Virus record (IMG/VR): IMGVR_UViG_3300036852_000023
Coordinates: 1-54,181 of that record
Length of the DNA: 54,181 bases
Reading direction: 5' to 3' (one strand)
Origin: a virus
Taxonomy: Duplodnaviria > Caudoviricetes
This document shows, piece after piece, positions 35,200-44,617 of this stretch. How positions within the stretch are numbered: position 1 is the stretch's first letter; every line of letters starts with the position of its first letter. The position numbers were made by a program, and so were the translations under genes. Under the pieces are notes generated by a model. It made no database searches, was not told the origin of the DNA, and worked only from the letters and a program-made list of their open reading frames with translations.

Positions 35200-36014
35200 T
35201 TGCCAGCGATCCAATCAAGAGCGGCATTCATCTGGCCTTTTGGCGTGGCGTCGATGGCATAGCCGAACTGTGAAATGTAATCCTTCTCCGTAGTGCCAGC
35301 GGCTTTCATCTTGGCAAAGATAAGCTTGCCTTGTGCCTCGGTAATCACATTGGCAGCCGCAGCGGGGGCATCGTACAAAGACAGCGCATATTCACGCCAG
35401 CTATCAGGGATGTCTGCCAATGCCTTGATTTGCTCATATGGCTGACCTTCGTTTAGCTGCTGATTCCACCAGCTAACAAATTCCATGATCGTGACTTTTG
35501 CTGCATCCAGCCGCAACTGCATGTCAGCGATAAACGGGTCATTCTTTGGATTGACCGTGTTCGCCTTGGCTGGCTTGGCGCGGGCAGCGACTTCGTGCGT
35601 GGTTGCGTCTGCATCGTTATCGCCTTCGGTAGGAATAGCGAAAGCCTGGAATGCCGCATATTTATAGGCCGCGCTCATGGCCTTATTCGTGGCCTTGTCG
35701 CCGCTATCCATAGCCTCACCGAACGTTTTGACAGTGTGCTTGCTGCCATCCGTGGCGCTCACAAAGTCAAACTCAACTTCAACTGTCACATAGAACAGCA
35801 CGCCGCCCTTTTGCGTGGTTCGCTCCACACATTCACGCGACAAAACACGCGGCAGGATGCATAGACCGTGCTCAGCGAGAAGCGGGGAAAGTGCGCAATA
35901 CACGTCATCAATTCCCCTGAAATTGTAGCCTTGCTGCTGATTGCGGTGATCCTTAGAAATTCCAGTCCTTGACAAGGATGACTGCACAGCATTAATTGCT
36001 TTATAGATTTCCAT
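35193..36014 (-). CDS. erf: ERF-family single-strand annealing protein
   Basis: Y.FRGIDDV, GEAMDSGDKATNKAMSAAYKYA..Q.F.IPTEGDNDAD. Confidence 0.92.
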   Translation of the reverse strand: MEIYKAINAVQSSLSRTGISKDHRNQQQGYNFRGIDDVYCALSPLLAEHGLCILPRVLSRECVERTTQKGGVLFYVTVEVEFDFVSATDGSKHTVKTFGEAMDSGDKATNKAMSAAYKYAAFQAFAIPTEGDNDADATTHEVAARAKPAKANTVNPKNDPFIADMQLRLDAAKVTIMEFVSWWNQQLNEGQPYEQIKALADIPDSWREYALSLYDAPAAAANVITEAQGKLIFAKMKAAGTTEKDYISQFGYAIDATPKGQMNAALDWIAGKC

Positions 36015-36015
36015 T

Positions 36016-36642
36016 TTAATCCTTTATAATTCTGGCTATTACAAATCTAGAAACATTAAATTGTTTTGCAAGACGTGTAATATCCCCACGTTTGCCAGTA
36101 AATGCATCTTTTATGGATTGCTCCATTGCATCTGTCGTTTTTCGTTTCGCTTTCCCAAGCAATGCACACCTATCTTTATGTTCTTTATTAATAATTCGTG
36201 CTCCAGATAAATAGGCATGCTTAACATTGTAGGATTGTGACACCCACTCCATGTTTTCAGCCCTATTATCATGTTTCACACCGTTCTTATGATTAACTAC
36301 TTCTCCAATCCTCGGCATCCCATGGAAAGCCTCGGCAATCAATCTGTGGACTGTCTTTCTATATTTAATACCTTTTTCAACAAGACAAACATGCGTATAT
36401 CCATTGGATACCATTAATGGCTTTAAAAACCTTTTTGATCTAATGGAATATATATTCCCACACTCACTAAATAGATAACTTGGGAACCTATCAATTTTCC
36501 TAAAATTGTTCTCGTCTGCACTTGATTGATTGCCTGGTAGACTTGCATGATTTTGTCCCGTGAATAATGTTTGATCGTGGCCCGAGTATTCTTGTTCTTC
36601 AGCCTCAAGCTTGTCCCATATAACTGACTTTGTGCGGCTCAT
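36016..36642 (-). CDS. HNH homing endonuclease (NUMOD4-HNH type) fused to an upstream small ORF
   Basis: Y..S..G.IYS, VHRLIAEAF, VNHKNG.K.DNR.EN.EW; AT-rich. Confidence 0.88.
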   Translation of the reverse strand: MSRTKSVIWDKLEAEEQEYSGHDQTLFTGQNHASLPGNQSSADENNFRKIDRFPSYLFSECGNIYSIRSKRFLKPLMVSNGYTHVCLVEKGIKYRKTVHRLIAEAFHGMPRIGEVVNHKNGVKHDNRAENMEWVSQSYNVKHAYLSGARIINKEHKDRCALLGKAKRKTTDAMEQSIKDAFTGKRGDITRLAKQFNVSRFVIARIIKD

Positions 36643-36725
36643 ACAAGCTCCTTAATGAGCTTTTACTCTATGCTTTAGCGCTAACTATTGCAACAAATAT
36701 TTGCTCATACTGCGCAAAAACAACA

Positions 36726-37100
36726 TCAAAAGAAGCCAATCATCAGCGCGGCTCTCACCCATGCAAAGCTATCCCAGGCGCTCACCCAGCCAAGTTGCGC
36801 ATGCGTTGCACCGCCCATCAGCCATACAATGCGCACCATATCCGCAAAGATGCTGATTAGCGCTGAGTAGACCTGCATTTTAAACAGGCCAGACAGCATG
36901 AAATAAACATTGATGGTTACATGCGCGACGAACAAGGCAAAGTCAACCGAACTAACGTTGCCTTGCATCGCCATAAGCATGGATGATAGGCCCATAGCCA
37001 GTGCCGTGAGCCATAGCGCATGATCCTGGTCGGCTGGTAGGTCGTCGCCGTCGTGGCGCAGCGCCATGAGCCTGGCGGCATGTATGAATAGGTTAGTCAT
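36726..37100 (-). CDS. Multi-TM membrane protein
   Basis: Several hydrophobic segments. Confidence 0.6.
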   Translation of the reverse strand: MTNLFIHAARLMALRHDGDDLPADQDHALWLTALAMGLSSMLMAMQGNVSSVDFALFVAHVTINVYFMLSGLFKMQVYSALISIFADMVRIVWLMGGATHAQLGWVSAWDSFAWVRAALMIGFF

Positions 37101-37290
37101 GACATTTCAGCCTAATAATTACTTCGTAAGTTTTAGCGCAGGCATCACACAAAACGGCCATATCACCAACTCGGTCAAGCTTTGGCTCTCCTGTTACTGG
37201 ATCGCAATTATCAAAGTCATAGTTCAAGTTGGAGTCATAGAACGCCTTATTGCCACATCTGTCGCACAAACGGTAATCAGCCATTGCCAT
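37093..37290 (-). CDS. Small CxxC...CxxC protein
   Basis: MAMADY.LCD.CG.KAFYD.NL...GD....C..C. Confidence 0.65.
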   Translation of the reverse strand: MAMADYRLCDRCGNKAFYDSNLNYDFDNCDPVTGEPKLDRVGDMAVLCDACAKTYEVIIRLKCHD

Positions 37291-37789
37291 TTTCAGTATC
37301 CTTAAAGTTAACCGCGCCAATCTCCTGATACAGCTTGCCAAGCCGCTTGCTAATGCCTTTGATTCGCCTGCGGAACTGCTCAGCGGCTGGATGCTCAGCG
37401 ATATGCCGCTCGAACTGGTCTTGCAGCACGCTCACGCGGTCTAGTAGTTCGTGCATGTGCAATTCATCCAATGGGTAGCGGTTATGCGTAACCCTGTAAT
37501 TTGTATTGCCGCCATTAATGCCAGCGATTGTGATTTTATCGCCTGGCTTAAATGAAAGAGATTCTGAAACTGACTTGCATGGCTTTTGATGGATGATCCG
37601 ATAGGCAACAATATCATTGCTGTAGCCATCATTCCGCCAAAATGCATATCCAGCGTCACGCTCATTCTCATCGTCGTGTATATTCGCTCGCAATATCACT
37701 GATTCTTCGCCATCTCTGTAACGAACATGTACCAGCGTACCATCTGGCACAGGACATTCCCCGCCATGCCATTCAATCCATTCGCTCAT
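37277..37789 (-). CDS. Hypothetical protein (WIEW.GGECPV family)
   Basis: WIEWHGGECPV...DIVAYR; paralog at 51247. Confidence 0.7.
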   Translation of the reverse strand: MSEWIEWHGGECPVPDGTLVHVRYRDGEESVILRANIHDDENERDAGYAFWRNDGYSNDIVAYRIIHQKPCKSVSESLSFKPGDKITIAGINGGNTNYRVTHNRYPLDELHMHELLDRVSVLQDQFERHIAEHPAAEQFRRRIKGISKRLGKLYQEIGAVNFKDTENGNG

Positions 37790-38768
37790 GGGTAGCTCCT
37801 TCGTCAAAGTCAAAAGAATGGTTTTCTTCAATGTCTTTCTGCCCTGCCGCTGCCATTTTTACGTTCTTCACAGCCTGGCGGTAATAGCTTGGTTTCAGTT
37901 CCGCACCTATGCCACGGCGACCAAGCATTACTGGCGAATAGACTTCGCTGCCAACACCCATAAAAGGAGTAAAGACAGTTTCGCCAGGATTGGTGCGAAG
38001 AACAACGCAACGGTCAATGACATCTAGCTGCAATGGGTGGACATGCTTCTCGTCCTCGCTATCGCGTGCTTCACGATATGGGAGAACACGCCCCATCCGA
38101 ATATCATCCCACATGCAGTCAGCGTATTGTCGCCAAATCCAATGAGAAAAACGGTTCTCGGTTTGCTTACCTTTCCATCCACGATAAGAAAGAATGTCCG
38201 ATGGCATTAACCGTTCGCCTGCATAATCAAGCAGCCCGACTGGATGTTGCACCGGTACCTGATTTTTACCGTCACGCCGAAACAGTAGGAGATAATCAGC
38301 GGAAGCAATCCCGCAATCAATCGAATCGGCCACTAATGAGGCATGCGCTAGATTCTTCTGCATGGTGCGCAAACGCACCTCCAAAGGTTCCTTCCAGATT
38401 GCGTGCCGCCCGGCATACTTCCAACCTTCGCGCTCGTGCAGTCGAATGATGTCGCCCGGGAAGTCGCGGTAGGAATCGGTGCCACTGTTGGATCGCGGCA
38501 CGTCCATACAATGAACACAACTCATCCGGCCAGGCATAGTAATTCTGGCCAACTCTCGAACTACGAAAGTGTAATGGTCAAAAAATCCATCGTAATCGTC
38601 GCAGTTGGATAGATCGCGCTCATTGCTGCTGTAATGATACAATCCCCCAAATGGCGGGCTATAAACTGAGAGATGTATTGAAGCTTCCGGCATTGACTGC
38701 ATAATTTCTACGCAATCAGAATTGTATACAGCAAACTTGTCGGTCACGCACTGATCAATTACAGCCAT
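37773..38768 (-). CDS. DNA methyltransferase (N4-C/N6-A, beta-class motif order)
   Basis: SPPF catalytic motif before the PFMGVGSE SAM-binding motif; H..PLQLDVI. Confidence 0.9.
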   Translation of the reverse strand: MAVIDQCVTDKFAVYNSDCVEIMQSMPEASIHLSVYSPPFGGLYHYSSNERDLSNCDDYDGFFDHYTFVVRELARITMPGRMSCVHCMDVPRSNSGTDSYRDFPGDIIRLHEREGWKYAGRHAIWKEPLEVRLRTMQKNLAHASLVADSIDCGIASADYLLLFRRDGKNQVPVQHPVGLLDYAGERLMPSDILSYRGWKGKQTENRFSHWIWRQYADCMWDDIRMGRVLPYREARDSEDEKHVHPLQLDVIDRCVVLRTNPGETVFTPFMGVGSEVYSPVMLGRRGIGAELKPSYYRQAVKNVKMAAAGQKDIEENHSFDFDEGATHERMD

Positions 38769-40132
38769 GTCGGCAACTCCATTTTTTTGGTCATATTGTT
38801 GATGCGGTCAATTGCGGTAGCCTGGTTCATTTCGGCAACCAGCCGCGAGAACATCTCATCAGCCTGCGCCGCCTTGCGCTGCAGGTTCTTCATTACGCCT
38901 AGCTCACCTTCGGTCGTAACAATATCCACCGTTACCGGTCGCTTTTGGCCAAAGCGCCAGTTGCGTCGCACGAGTTGGTAATACTGCTCGAACGAGTGTG
39001 AAGGAAAAACAACAGCATGATTGCAATGCTGAAAATTCAGGCCAAGTGCGCCGATCTTCGGTTTGGTGATTAGAACCCTAGCTTTACCTTCTGCAAAGGC
39101 AGTTAGCTTATCTTCCTTGGCATCGTCGCTGTCGGTACCGGATACTTGCACAGCATCAGGAATCAGTTTTTCCAGTAGATCGCCTTCGTCATTCAGATGA
39201 CACCATACATTAGCAGGTTGTCCAGTATGGTTGACCAGCGCAGCCACTTTCTCGCACCGTTCCTCAACGCTTCGCCGTCTTTCTTCGCGCTGTTCTTTGA
39301 GCCCGACCGCTGGCAGCGCAAACAGCATCCCATCGCGTAATTCCTGAACATCCACTAGATGTTCGACCTCATGAAGTGCCGGCAGCACGAAACGACTATC
39401 GTCGTAACCTAGGTCAGAGGGCTTACGCACTGCCATCGCCCATGAACAAACCCAGCGCCAGAACGGCAATTCGGCGTGCCCCTTCAAGCGCCATTTGATC
39501 ACCTCGCCGTGCATGCGGCCGGTGGCGCTGTTGTTCAGGTCGTTTTTGAAAAATCGGTTGAGCATGTCCATGTGGCCCATGTATCCCAATGCCTCGGAAC
39601 TAGTGCCTAGTTCGATGTAATCATTCGGCGCGGCGGTGGCGGTCTGTAGCAAGCGGAACTCCATCTTGCGCAGGAATGCGGTAGTTTGCCCACGCCGTGC
39701 ACCGGCGAAATTCTTCAAGATCGAACTTTCATCGGCCACCGCGCCTGCGAAGTCGTTCGGGTTGAAATAATGCAGCCGCTCATAGTTTGCCACCAAGATA
39801 TGATCGCCAGGTCTAAGTACGCCATCCCGGCACAAGCGCGCCTGAATACCGAATTTCTCAGCCTCGTGAATGGTCTGCTGACCGACTGCTGGTGGCGTCA
39901 AGTAGATCACCGGTTTCATGCGCTTGCGCACCACGTTGGACGCCCATACCAAACCAGTCGGTGTCTTGCCCAGCCCGCAATCGGCAAAGTTAGCCCCGCG
40001 TCCCTTGCGAAGTTGGAAATCAACCATGTGCTTCTGGAAATCAAATAGGAAATCTGGCAAGAAAGTTGGCTCAAATCCGCTATTTGCCCCGCCTTGCGTC
40101 TTTGAGTGAATGAAAGCTGAGTAATCGCTCAC
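38759..40132 (-). CDS. SNF2-like SF2 helicase
   Basis: DCGLGKT, DESSILK, TATAAPND, GLNFQ..., RR.WRFGQ. Confidence 0.9.
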   Translation of the reverse strand: MSDYSAFIHSKTQGGANSGFEPTFLPDFLFDFQKHMVDFQLRKGRGANFADCGLGKTPTGLVWASNVVRKRMKPVIYLTPPAVGQQTIHEAEKFGIQARLCRDGVLRPGDHILVANYERLHYFNPNDFAGAVADESSILKNFAGARRGQTTAFLRKMEFRLLQTATAAPNDYIELGTSSEALGYMGHMDMLNRFFKNDLNNSATGRMHGEVIKWRLKGHAELPFWRWVCSWAMAVRKPSDLGYDDSRFVLPALHEVEHLVDVQELRDGMLFALPAVGLKEQREERRRSVEERCEKVAALVNHTGQPANVWCHLNDEGDLLEKLIPDAVQVSGTDSDDAKEDKLTAFAEGKARVLITKPKIGALGLNFQHCNHAVVFPSHSFEQYYQLVRRNWRFGQKRPVTVDIVTTEGELGVMKNLQRKAAQADEMFSRLVAEMNQATAIDRINNMTKKMELPTWL

Positions 40133-40145
40133 AAATTATCCTTAG

Positions 40146-40176
40146 AAAAATTCGCCCCATCAGAGACAGGGCGAAA
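40146..40176 (-). terminator. Intrinsic terminator
   Basis: ttcgccc...gggcgaa stem with aaaaa on the left. Confidence 0.65.
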
Positions 40177-40182
40177 GGTCGC

Positions 40183-40692
40183 TCAATGCAGGTTTATTTT
40201 CAGCTTTTCCCCTTCGCCGCCTTCCTGCTGTTCCTGTTCCAACTTCATGCGCGCCAGGATTACCGCATAGCGCGGCTCTCCTCTCAGCTTTCGCTTGTAG
40301 CCCTTTTGCTCTAGCTCCTGGGCGTCTAGGTGCTCTTGTACCCGTTCTACTGGTAGACCGTCTGCCTCGGCAATCGCCAAGGCCAGATCAGTAACCCCAC
40401 CCTTCCGCGTCGTGCTGCCCATTCTGGACGGGAACCCGCCGCGATCCATAATCTCTCTTGCGTGCTGCACTGCCTTTTTGGCAGCGTCTACGCCTACCGC
40501 AGTCTTGAGAATCTTGCTAAATACTGCCTCCATGCCTGCGGCCACCCATCGCGGGAATTGCTCCTGGTTGGCGTGAAGCATCACTCTCGTCTTGTCAGCG
40601 AATGTGATCTCCATCGTCACCGAGCCGTCAGGCAAGATATTGGTTTGTTTGTGTTGGACTTTTGCTCCTTTGATTGGGGAAGCGTTGTTCAT
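40183..40692 (-). CDS. Early hypothetical protein
   Basis: 169 aa; GAGG RBS; own terminator. Confidence 0.7.
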   Translation of the reverse strand: MNNASPIKGAKVQHKQTNILPDGSVTMEITFADKTRVMLHANQEQFPRWVAAGMEAVFSKILKTAVGVDAAKKAVQHAREIMDRGGFPSRMGSTTRKGGVTDLALAIAEADGLPVERVQEHLDAQELEQKGYKRKLRGEPRYAVILARMKLEQEQQEGGEGEKLKINLH

Positions 40693-40705
40693 GGTGTGTT
40701 ACCTC

Positions 40706-40903
40706 TTACATCAGTGCCGCGCCTGCTTTCAGCTCATCAATGCGCGCAGACGCCAAACGCGCAAGGTACTTCAGGATGAGCCGCCTGGCCGTGCTCTTGG
40801 TGAGATCGGCCATCAAAATGTATCCTTCCCTCATCCATGCCAAAGTCTGCATGCTTTCAATGGTACAAATCAGACCCTCAAGAAATTCGTCGTGGTGCGT
40901 CAT
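40706..40903 (-). CDS. Hypothetical protein, first gene of the leftward arm
   Basis: GGAG RBS before MTHHDE. Confidence 0.55.
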   Translation of the reverse strand: MTHHDEFLEGLICTIESMQTLAWMREGYILMADLTKSTARRLILKYLARLASARIDELKAGAALM

Positions 40904-41055
40904 GATCGTCTCCAAGTGTTTTCTTTCTGAGTGCAACGTAAAGATAGTGCGGCCTTTCAAGATAAGCAAGTACATTTTGCATGTACTATGGGGTATTTGC
41001 GTAAGTACAACAACAGGACTATGATAGCAAATACTGTCTGCTAAGGGGAAGATAT
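40904..41055. promoter_or_regulatory. Divergent early control region
   Basis: Strand switch; ttgcgt..tatgat rightward and ttgctt..tatctt leftward. Confidence 0.55.
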
Positions 41056-41289
41056 ATGGCTAAGAAACCAGGAATTCACAAGGCAATCAATCGGTTAGGC
41101 GGGGCTACGGCGCTGGCCCGCGCCATCAACGAGCACAAGCCAAAGAAGCCGTGCAGCCGTCAGTTGGTCGAGCACTGGCAAAACAAGGGCTCGCCATCGC
41201 CGCATTGGGTTATTTTGATCGAGAAGGCCAGCGGCATCCCTCGCCATGAGTTGCGGCCCGACATCTACCCGGACCCAGCCTCAGAGTAA
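41056..41289 (+). CDS. Cro-like HTH regulator
   Basis: GG..ALAR...SRQ.V..W...IE.ASGI.RHELRPDIY. Confidence 0.85.
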   Translation: MAKKPGIHKAINRLGGATALARAINEHKPKKPCSRQLVEHWQNKGSPSPHWVILIEKASGIPRHELRPDIYPDPASE

Positions 41290-41323
41290 CAATAGCGTCC
41301 TGATTTCAAAATGAGGGTGTCAC

Positions 41324-41506
41324 ATGCCAGACGTTATTGATGAAATCATTACGCATTGTAAGAGGCTACAGCTAAAAGGTTATCTTGGGCTCTATGCAAT
41401 AGCTAAGCAATTGTTGCTTGATGCGCAGGACGATGGCGAATATCCGGCTGATCCAGCCGCATATGATGTAGCCATTAAGCGAATTACAAAAGCTCTTGGT
41501 ATCTAG
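41324..41506 (+). CDS. Hypothetical protein
   Basis: GAGG RBS; Y..AIKRI..ALGI. Confidence 0.6.
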   Translation: MPDVIDEIITHCKRLQLKGYLGLYAIAKQLLLDAQDDGEYPADPAAYDVAIKRITKALGI

Positions 41507-41508
41507 CT

Positions 41509-42282
41509 ATGAGCTTTCAAGCATTGGCTTGGGCTGTAGAACAGAAATGCTCATCATCGGGACAAAAATTGGTCCTGCTGATGTTGGCTAACTATTGTAA
41601 CTCGCATAGCGGGCAATGTAATCCTTCCCATCAGCGATTGGCAGAAGAATGTTGTATGGGCATTTCTACTCTAAAAAATCATCTGTCAGCATTGTCAGAT
41701 ATGGGTTTGATTCGCATTGACCGCGTTAAACAGAATGGCGTAAATCTGCCAAATCAGTATTGGTTAAATATTGACCTAGTAGGTCAGAATCTGGCTGAGG
41801 TAGGTCAGAATCTGGCTGAGGGTGGGTCAGAATCTGACGGAGGGGTAGGTCAGAATCTGGCTACAAACCTAGAACTTAAACCAGGAATAGAACCTATATC
41901 TTGTGGAAATCCCTTGTCACCGTCTGACGACGATGACTTGCCGCAGGATGGGAAGCCATCGCAATCAGCCCCATATCGTGATCTGATGACCGTCTACAAC
42001 GAAGTTCTTGGAGAACAATTGCCAAAGGCACTTACCATGAACGCCAGTCGTAAACAGGCACTTAAAGCTCGTTGGCGAGAAATGATCGGAAGCGTGGGGC
42101 CAGGAGGGGAGATTCGCTATGAAGATCGGGAGAGTGGGATAAATTGGTGGAGACGGTTTTTCAAGAAGGTCATGTACAACCCACATTGGATGGGGGCTAA
42201 TGATCGCGGTTGGCGCGCAGATTTTGACTGGATCATAAAGCCAAACAATTTCACGAAAATTCTGGAATATCGGAAAGGCTGA
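41509..42282 (+). CDS. Replication initiator (N-terminal winged HTH, lambda O-like)
   Basis: KLVLLMLANY...C.PS..RLA..C; G.NDRGWRADFDW; internal iterons; precedes DnaB. Confidence 0.88.
   Translation: MSFQALAWAVEQKCSSSGQKLVLLMLANYCNSHSGQCNPSHQRLAEECCMGISTLKNHLSALSDMGLIRIDRVKQNGVNLPNQYWLNIDLVGQNLAEVGQNLAEGGSESDGGVGQNLATNLELKPGIEPISCGNPLSPSDDDDLPQDGKPSQSAPYRDLMTVYNEVLGEQLPKALTMNASRKQALKARWREMIGSVGPGGEIRYEDRESGINWWRRFFKKVMYNPHWMGANDRGWRADFDWIIKPNNFTKILEYRKG
41779..41862 (+). repeat. Four iterons, probable replication origin
   Basis: gtaggtcagaatctggctgag x2, gtgggtcagaatctg and gtaggtcagaatctggct inside the initiator gene. Confidence 0.85.
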
Positions 42283-42284
42283 CT

Positions 42285-43649
42285 ATGCTTGACGATCTAC
42301 CGTTGCTAGCCAACATTGAGGCGGAACAGAACGTGCTCGGCGCTTTGCTCATGGAAGATGCAGCATGGGATGCTATTGCTGAGCTTATCTGCGAAAGTGA
42401 CTTCTACCGTATGGAGCATGCTGTAATTTTCCGGCATGTTGCCAAACTCGTAAAAGCGGGGCAGAGAATTGATGTGGTTTCCGTTTCCAACAGCCTTGAC
42501 GAGTCGGGCGTGAATGACCAAGTCGGCGGCATTGCCTACCTAGCAACAATGCAGCAGAACACGCCATCCGCCCGCAATATCCGGCGCTATGCAGAAATTG
42601 TGCTAGAGCGAAGCCGTGAGCGTAGGTTATTGCTGTCTAGTGACAAGATTTCTAAATTAGCTATGGAGCGCGAGGGGAGAACCTTGCTAGACCGCCTAGG
42701 AGAGGCACAGAAGCTACTAGAATCAATTGGGGCGACGGAAACGAGCCAGCGTGAAATGAGCGCAGCAGAAGCCATGCATGCATGCGTAAGAGCTATTCAG
42801 GAGCGCATTGACCGGCCAGACGGCGTGCTTGGTGGGTTGCCTACCGGGTTAAGTGCTCTTGATGAACAATTGGATGGGTTGCGGGACGGTGAACTAATTG
42901 TAGTCGGTGGACGACCATCCATGGGTAAGAGCTGCATTGGCGAAATGATTTCCCGTGTCAATGCCATGCAAGGGCGGTCAGTTAGATTGCAGTCCTATGA
43001 AATGCCAGCTCCCGACATCATGGCTAGATCATCAGCCGCAAGCATGGGTATTAAACTTGAAAATATCCGCAAAGCTAGAATGACAATGGAGGAATACGAG
43101 TTATTCGCCGCATTTGTCAGTCAAGCGCATGAATGGAAATTATTTATTGATGATGAGCCAGCTAGGATTGACAAAATCATGAGTCGCGCCAGGGTTCATA
43201 AGCGGATGAGGGGACTAGATTTGCTGGTTATTGACCATCTTCATTTGATCCCGCGACCTGGTCGGAATGAAGTTCAGGAGCTAGGCGATATTACCGCGCA
43301 GCTAAAGAGACTGGCTACCGAACTCCAAATCCCCGTTGTGCTCCTTGCGCAATTGAATCGAGGTCCAACACAGGGGGCGATGCGTGCCCCGACTTTAACG
43401 GACCTGCGCGGGTCTGGTGCGATTGAGCAAGATGCAGATGTAGTGCTTTTCCCTCATCGGGCCGGATATTACGATGAAAATGTTCCACCTGGCGAGGCAG
43501 AGATTATTATTGCAAAGCATCGCAATGGGCCGGTTGGAGTTGTTGGAGTTGGCTGGCGAGGGGATTTCGTGAGGTTTCAAAACAAGATTCCGACAGATTG
43601 GAACCCACCAAAACGCCATGTTGCAAATCAATGGGATGAGGACTTATGA
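42285..43649 (+). CDS. dnaB: DnaB-like replicative helicase
   Basis: EAEQNVLGALL, GRPSMGKS, VIDHL, LAQLNR, DLRGSGAIEQDAD, IIAKHRNG. Confidence 0.95.
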   Translation: MLDDLPLLANIEAEQNVLGALLMEDAAWDAIAELICESDFYRMEHAVIFRHVAKLVKAGQRIDVVSVSNSLDESGVNDQVGGIAYLATMQQNTPSARNIRRYAEIVLERSRERRLLLSSDKISKLAMEREGRTLLDRLGEAQKLLESIGATETSQREMSAAEAMHACVRAIQERIDRPDGVLGGLPTGLSALDEQLDGLRDGELIVVGGRPSMGKSCIGEMISRVNAMQGRSVRLQSYEMPAPDIMARSSAASMGIKLENIRKARMTMEEYELFAAFVSQAHEWKLFIDDEPARIDKIMSRARVHKRMRGLDLLVIDHLHLIPRPGRNEVQELGDITAQLKRLATELQIPVVLLAQLNRGPTQGAMRAPTLTDLRGSGAIEQDADVVLFPHRAGYYDENVPPGEAEIIIAKHRNGPVGVVGVGWRGDFVRFQNKIPTDWNPPKRHVANQWDEDL

Positions 43650-43840
43650 ACAAACCATCATGGGGAAATTCGCCTGAGTGGGCCAAATATTTGGCTATGG
43701 ATGACTGTGGCACATGGTGTTGGTATGAAGAAAAGCCAGAATATTGCCATGGATTTTGGTTTTCTTCTGCTGGACTTTGGGTTGCAGCAGCTAATACCCT
43801 GCCAGAAGCCGATGTCACGCTTGAGGCGCGGCCAGAATGA
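43646..43840 (+). CDS. Hypothetical protein
   Basis: PEWAKYLAMD..G.W.WYE.KP phage family. Confidence 0.7.
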   Translation: MNKPSWGNSPEWAKYLAMDDCGTWCWYEEKPEYCHGFWFSSAGLWVAAANTLPEADVTLEARPE

Positions 43841-44214
43841 GCGAGTTCGACCATCAGAAGGCTTTGATTGATTGGGCCAGACTCCCCACCATCCAAGCCA
43901 AATATCCAGGCATAGACCTGCTCCACGCGTCCTTAAATGGCGTAAAACTGACGCCAGCACAGGCAGGCAAGGCCAAGGCCAGCGGCATGCTGGCGGGCGT
44001 GTACGACCTGTGCCTGCCTGTGGCGCGTGGAATCTTTCACGGCTGCTACCTGGAACTTAAGTATGGCAAGAATCGGCTTACTAAAGATCAGGTATGGTTC
44101 GGCAATAGGCTGGCGAGCGAAGGATGGTACACGGCCTGCTGCTGGTCGTGGACTGAGGCACAGGAGCTGCTAATTGACTACCTTAGCCAGGGAGCGTTCC
44201 ATGCGCCTGCTTGA
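43837..44214 (+). CDS. VRR-NUC nuclease
   Basis: G...GV.DL...LELK....L...Q..F. Confidence 0.85.
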   Translation: MSEFDHQKALIDWARLPTIQAKYPGIDLLHASLNGVKLTPAQAGKAKASGMLAGVYDLCLPVARGIFHGCYLELKYGKNRLTKDQVWFGNRLASEGWYTACCWSWTEAQELLIDYLSQGAFHAPA

Positions 44215-44518
44215 CGTATCTACACGTAACAATCCAAACACGTTTGCCCAAGTTGACGACGAGCTATACGAGGAACTAGCGCAATGGAAATGGTCGGCGC
44301 AAGTCTGCAACGGCCACATGCGCATCATCCGGTCAGTAGTCAAAGACGGCAAAAAGACTACGACTATTCTGCATCAATACATCATGGGCGGCTCGCGGCG
44401 CGGCATGATGATAGCGCACAAGGACGGCGATCCGCTCAATTGCCAGCGGTCTAACCTATACCGCATTTCGGCGGCTGAAGTGCTGGCTGGTCGGAAGTCG
44501 CCGCATTGGGGCAAGTAG
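44201..44518 (+). CDS. HNH-like protein
   Basis: AQVDDE.YE.L..WKW, LH..IM, H.DGDPLN..RSNL. Confidence 0.75.
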   Translation: MRLLDVSTRNNPNTFAQVDDELYEELAQWKWSAQVCNGHMRIIRSVVKDGKKTTTILHQYIMGGSRRGMMIAHKDGDPLNCQRSNLYRISAAEVLAGRKSPHWGK

Positions 44519-44524
44519 TGTGTG

Positions 44525-44612
44525 ATTGCAACAATATACGCAAAAATAACTTGCACATATCCACCGCATGACTATACTCACCATATCAACAACGCAGCGC
44601 ATATAGGAGCAA
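44525..44612 (+). promoter_or_regulatory. Sigma70-like promoter and leader
   Basis: ttgcac-16-tatact, caacgcagc leader, AGGAG RBS. Confidence 0.6.
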
Positions 44613-44617
44613 ATATC

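Noticed and set aside
36016-36548. Group I intron in erf
   Set aside because: The insert is almost entirely HNH coding sequence with no room for a ribozyme core, and erf restarts with its own RBS and ATG
41056-41289. Counting the YdaS-like protein as another antitoxin
   Set aside because: Sequence and position are those of a Cro-type regulator; the family's antitoxin label does not imply toxin neutralisation
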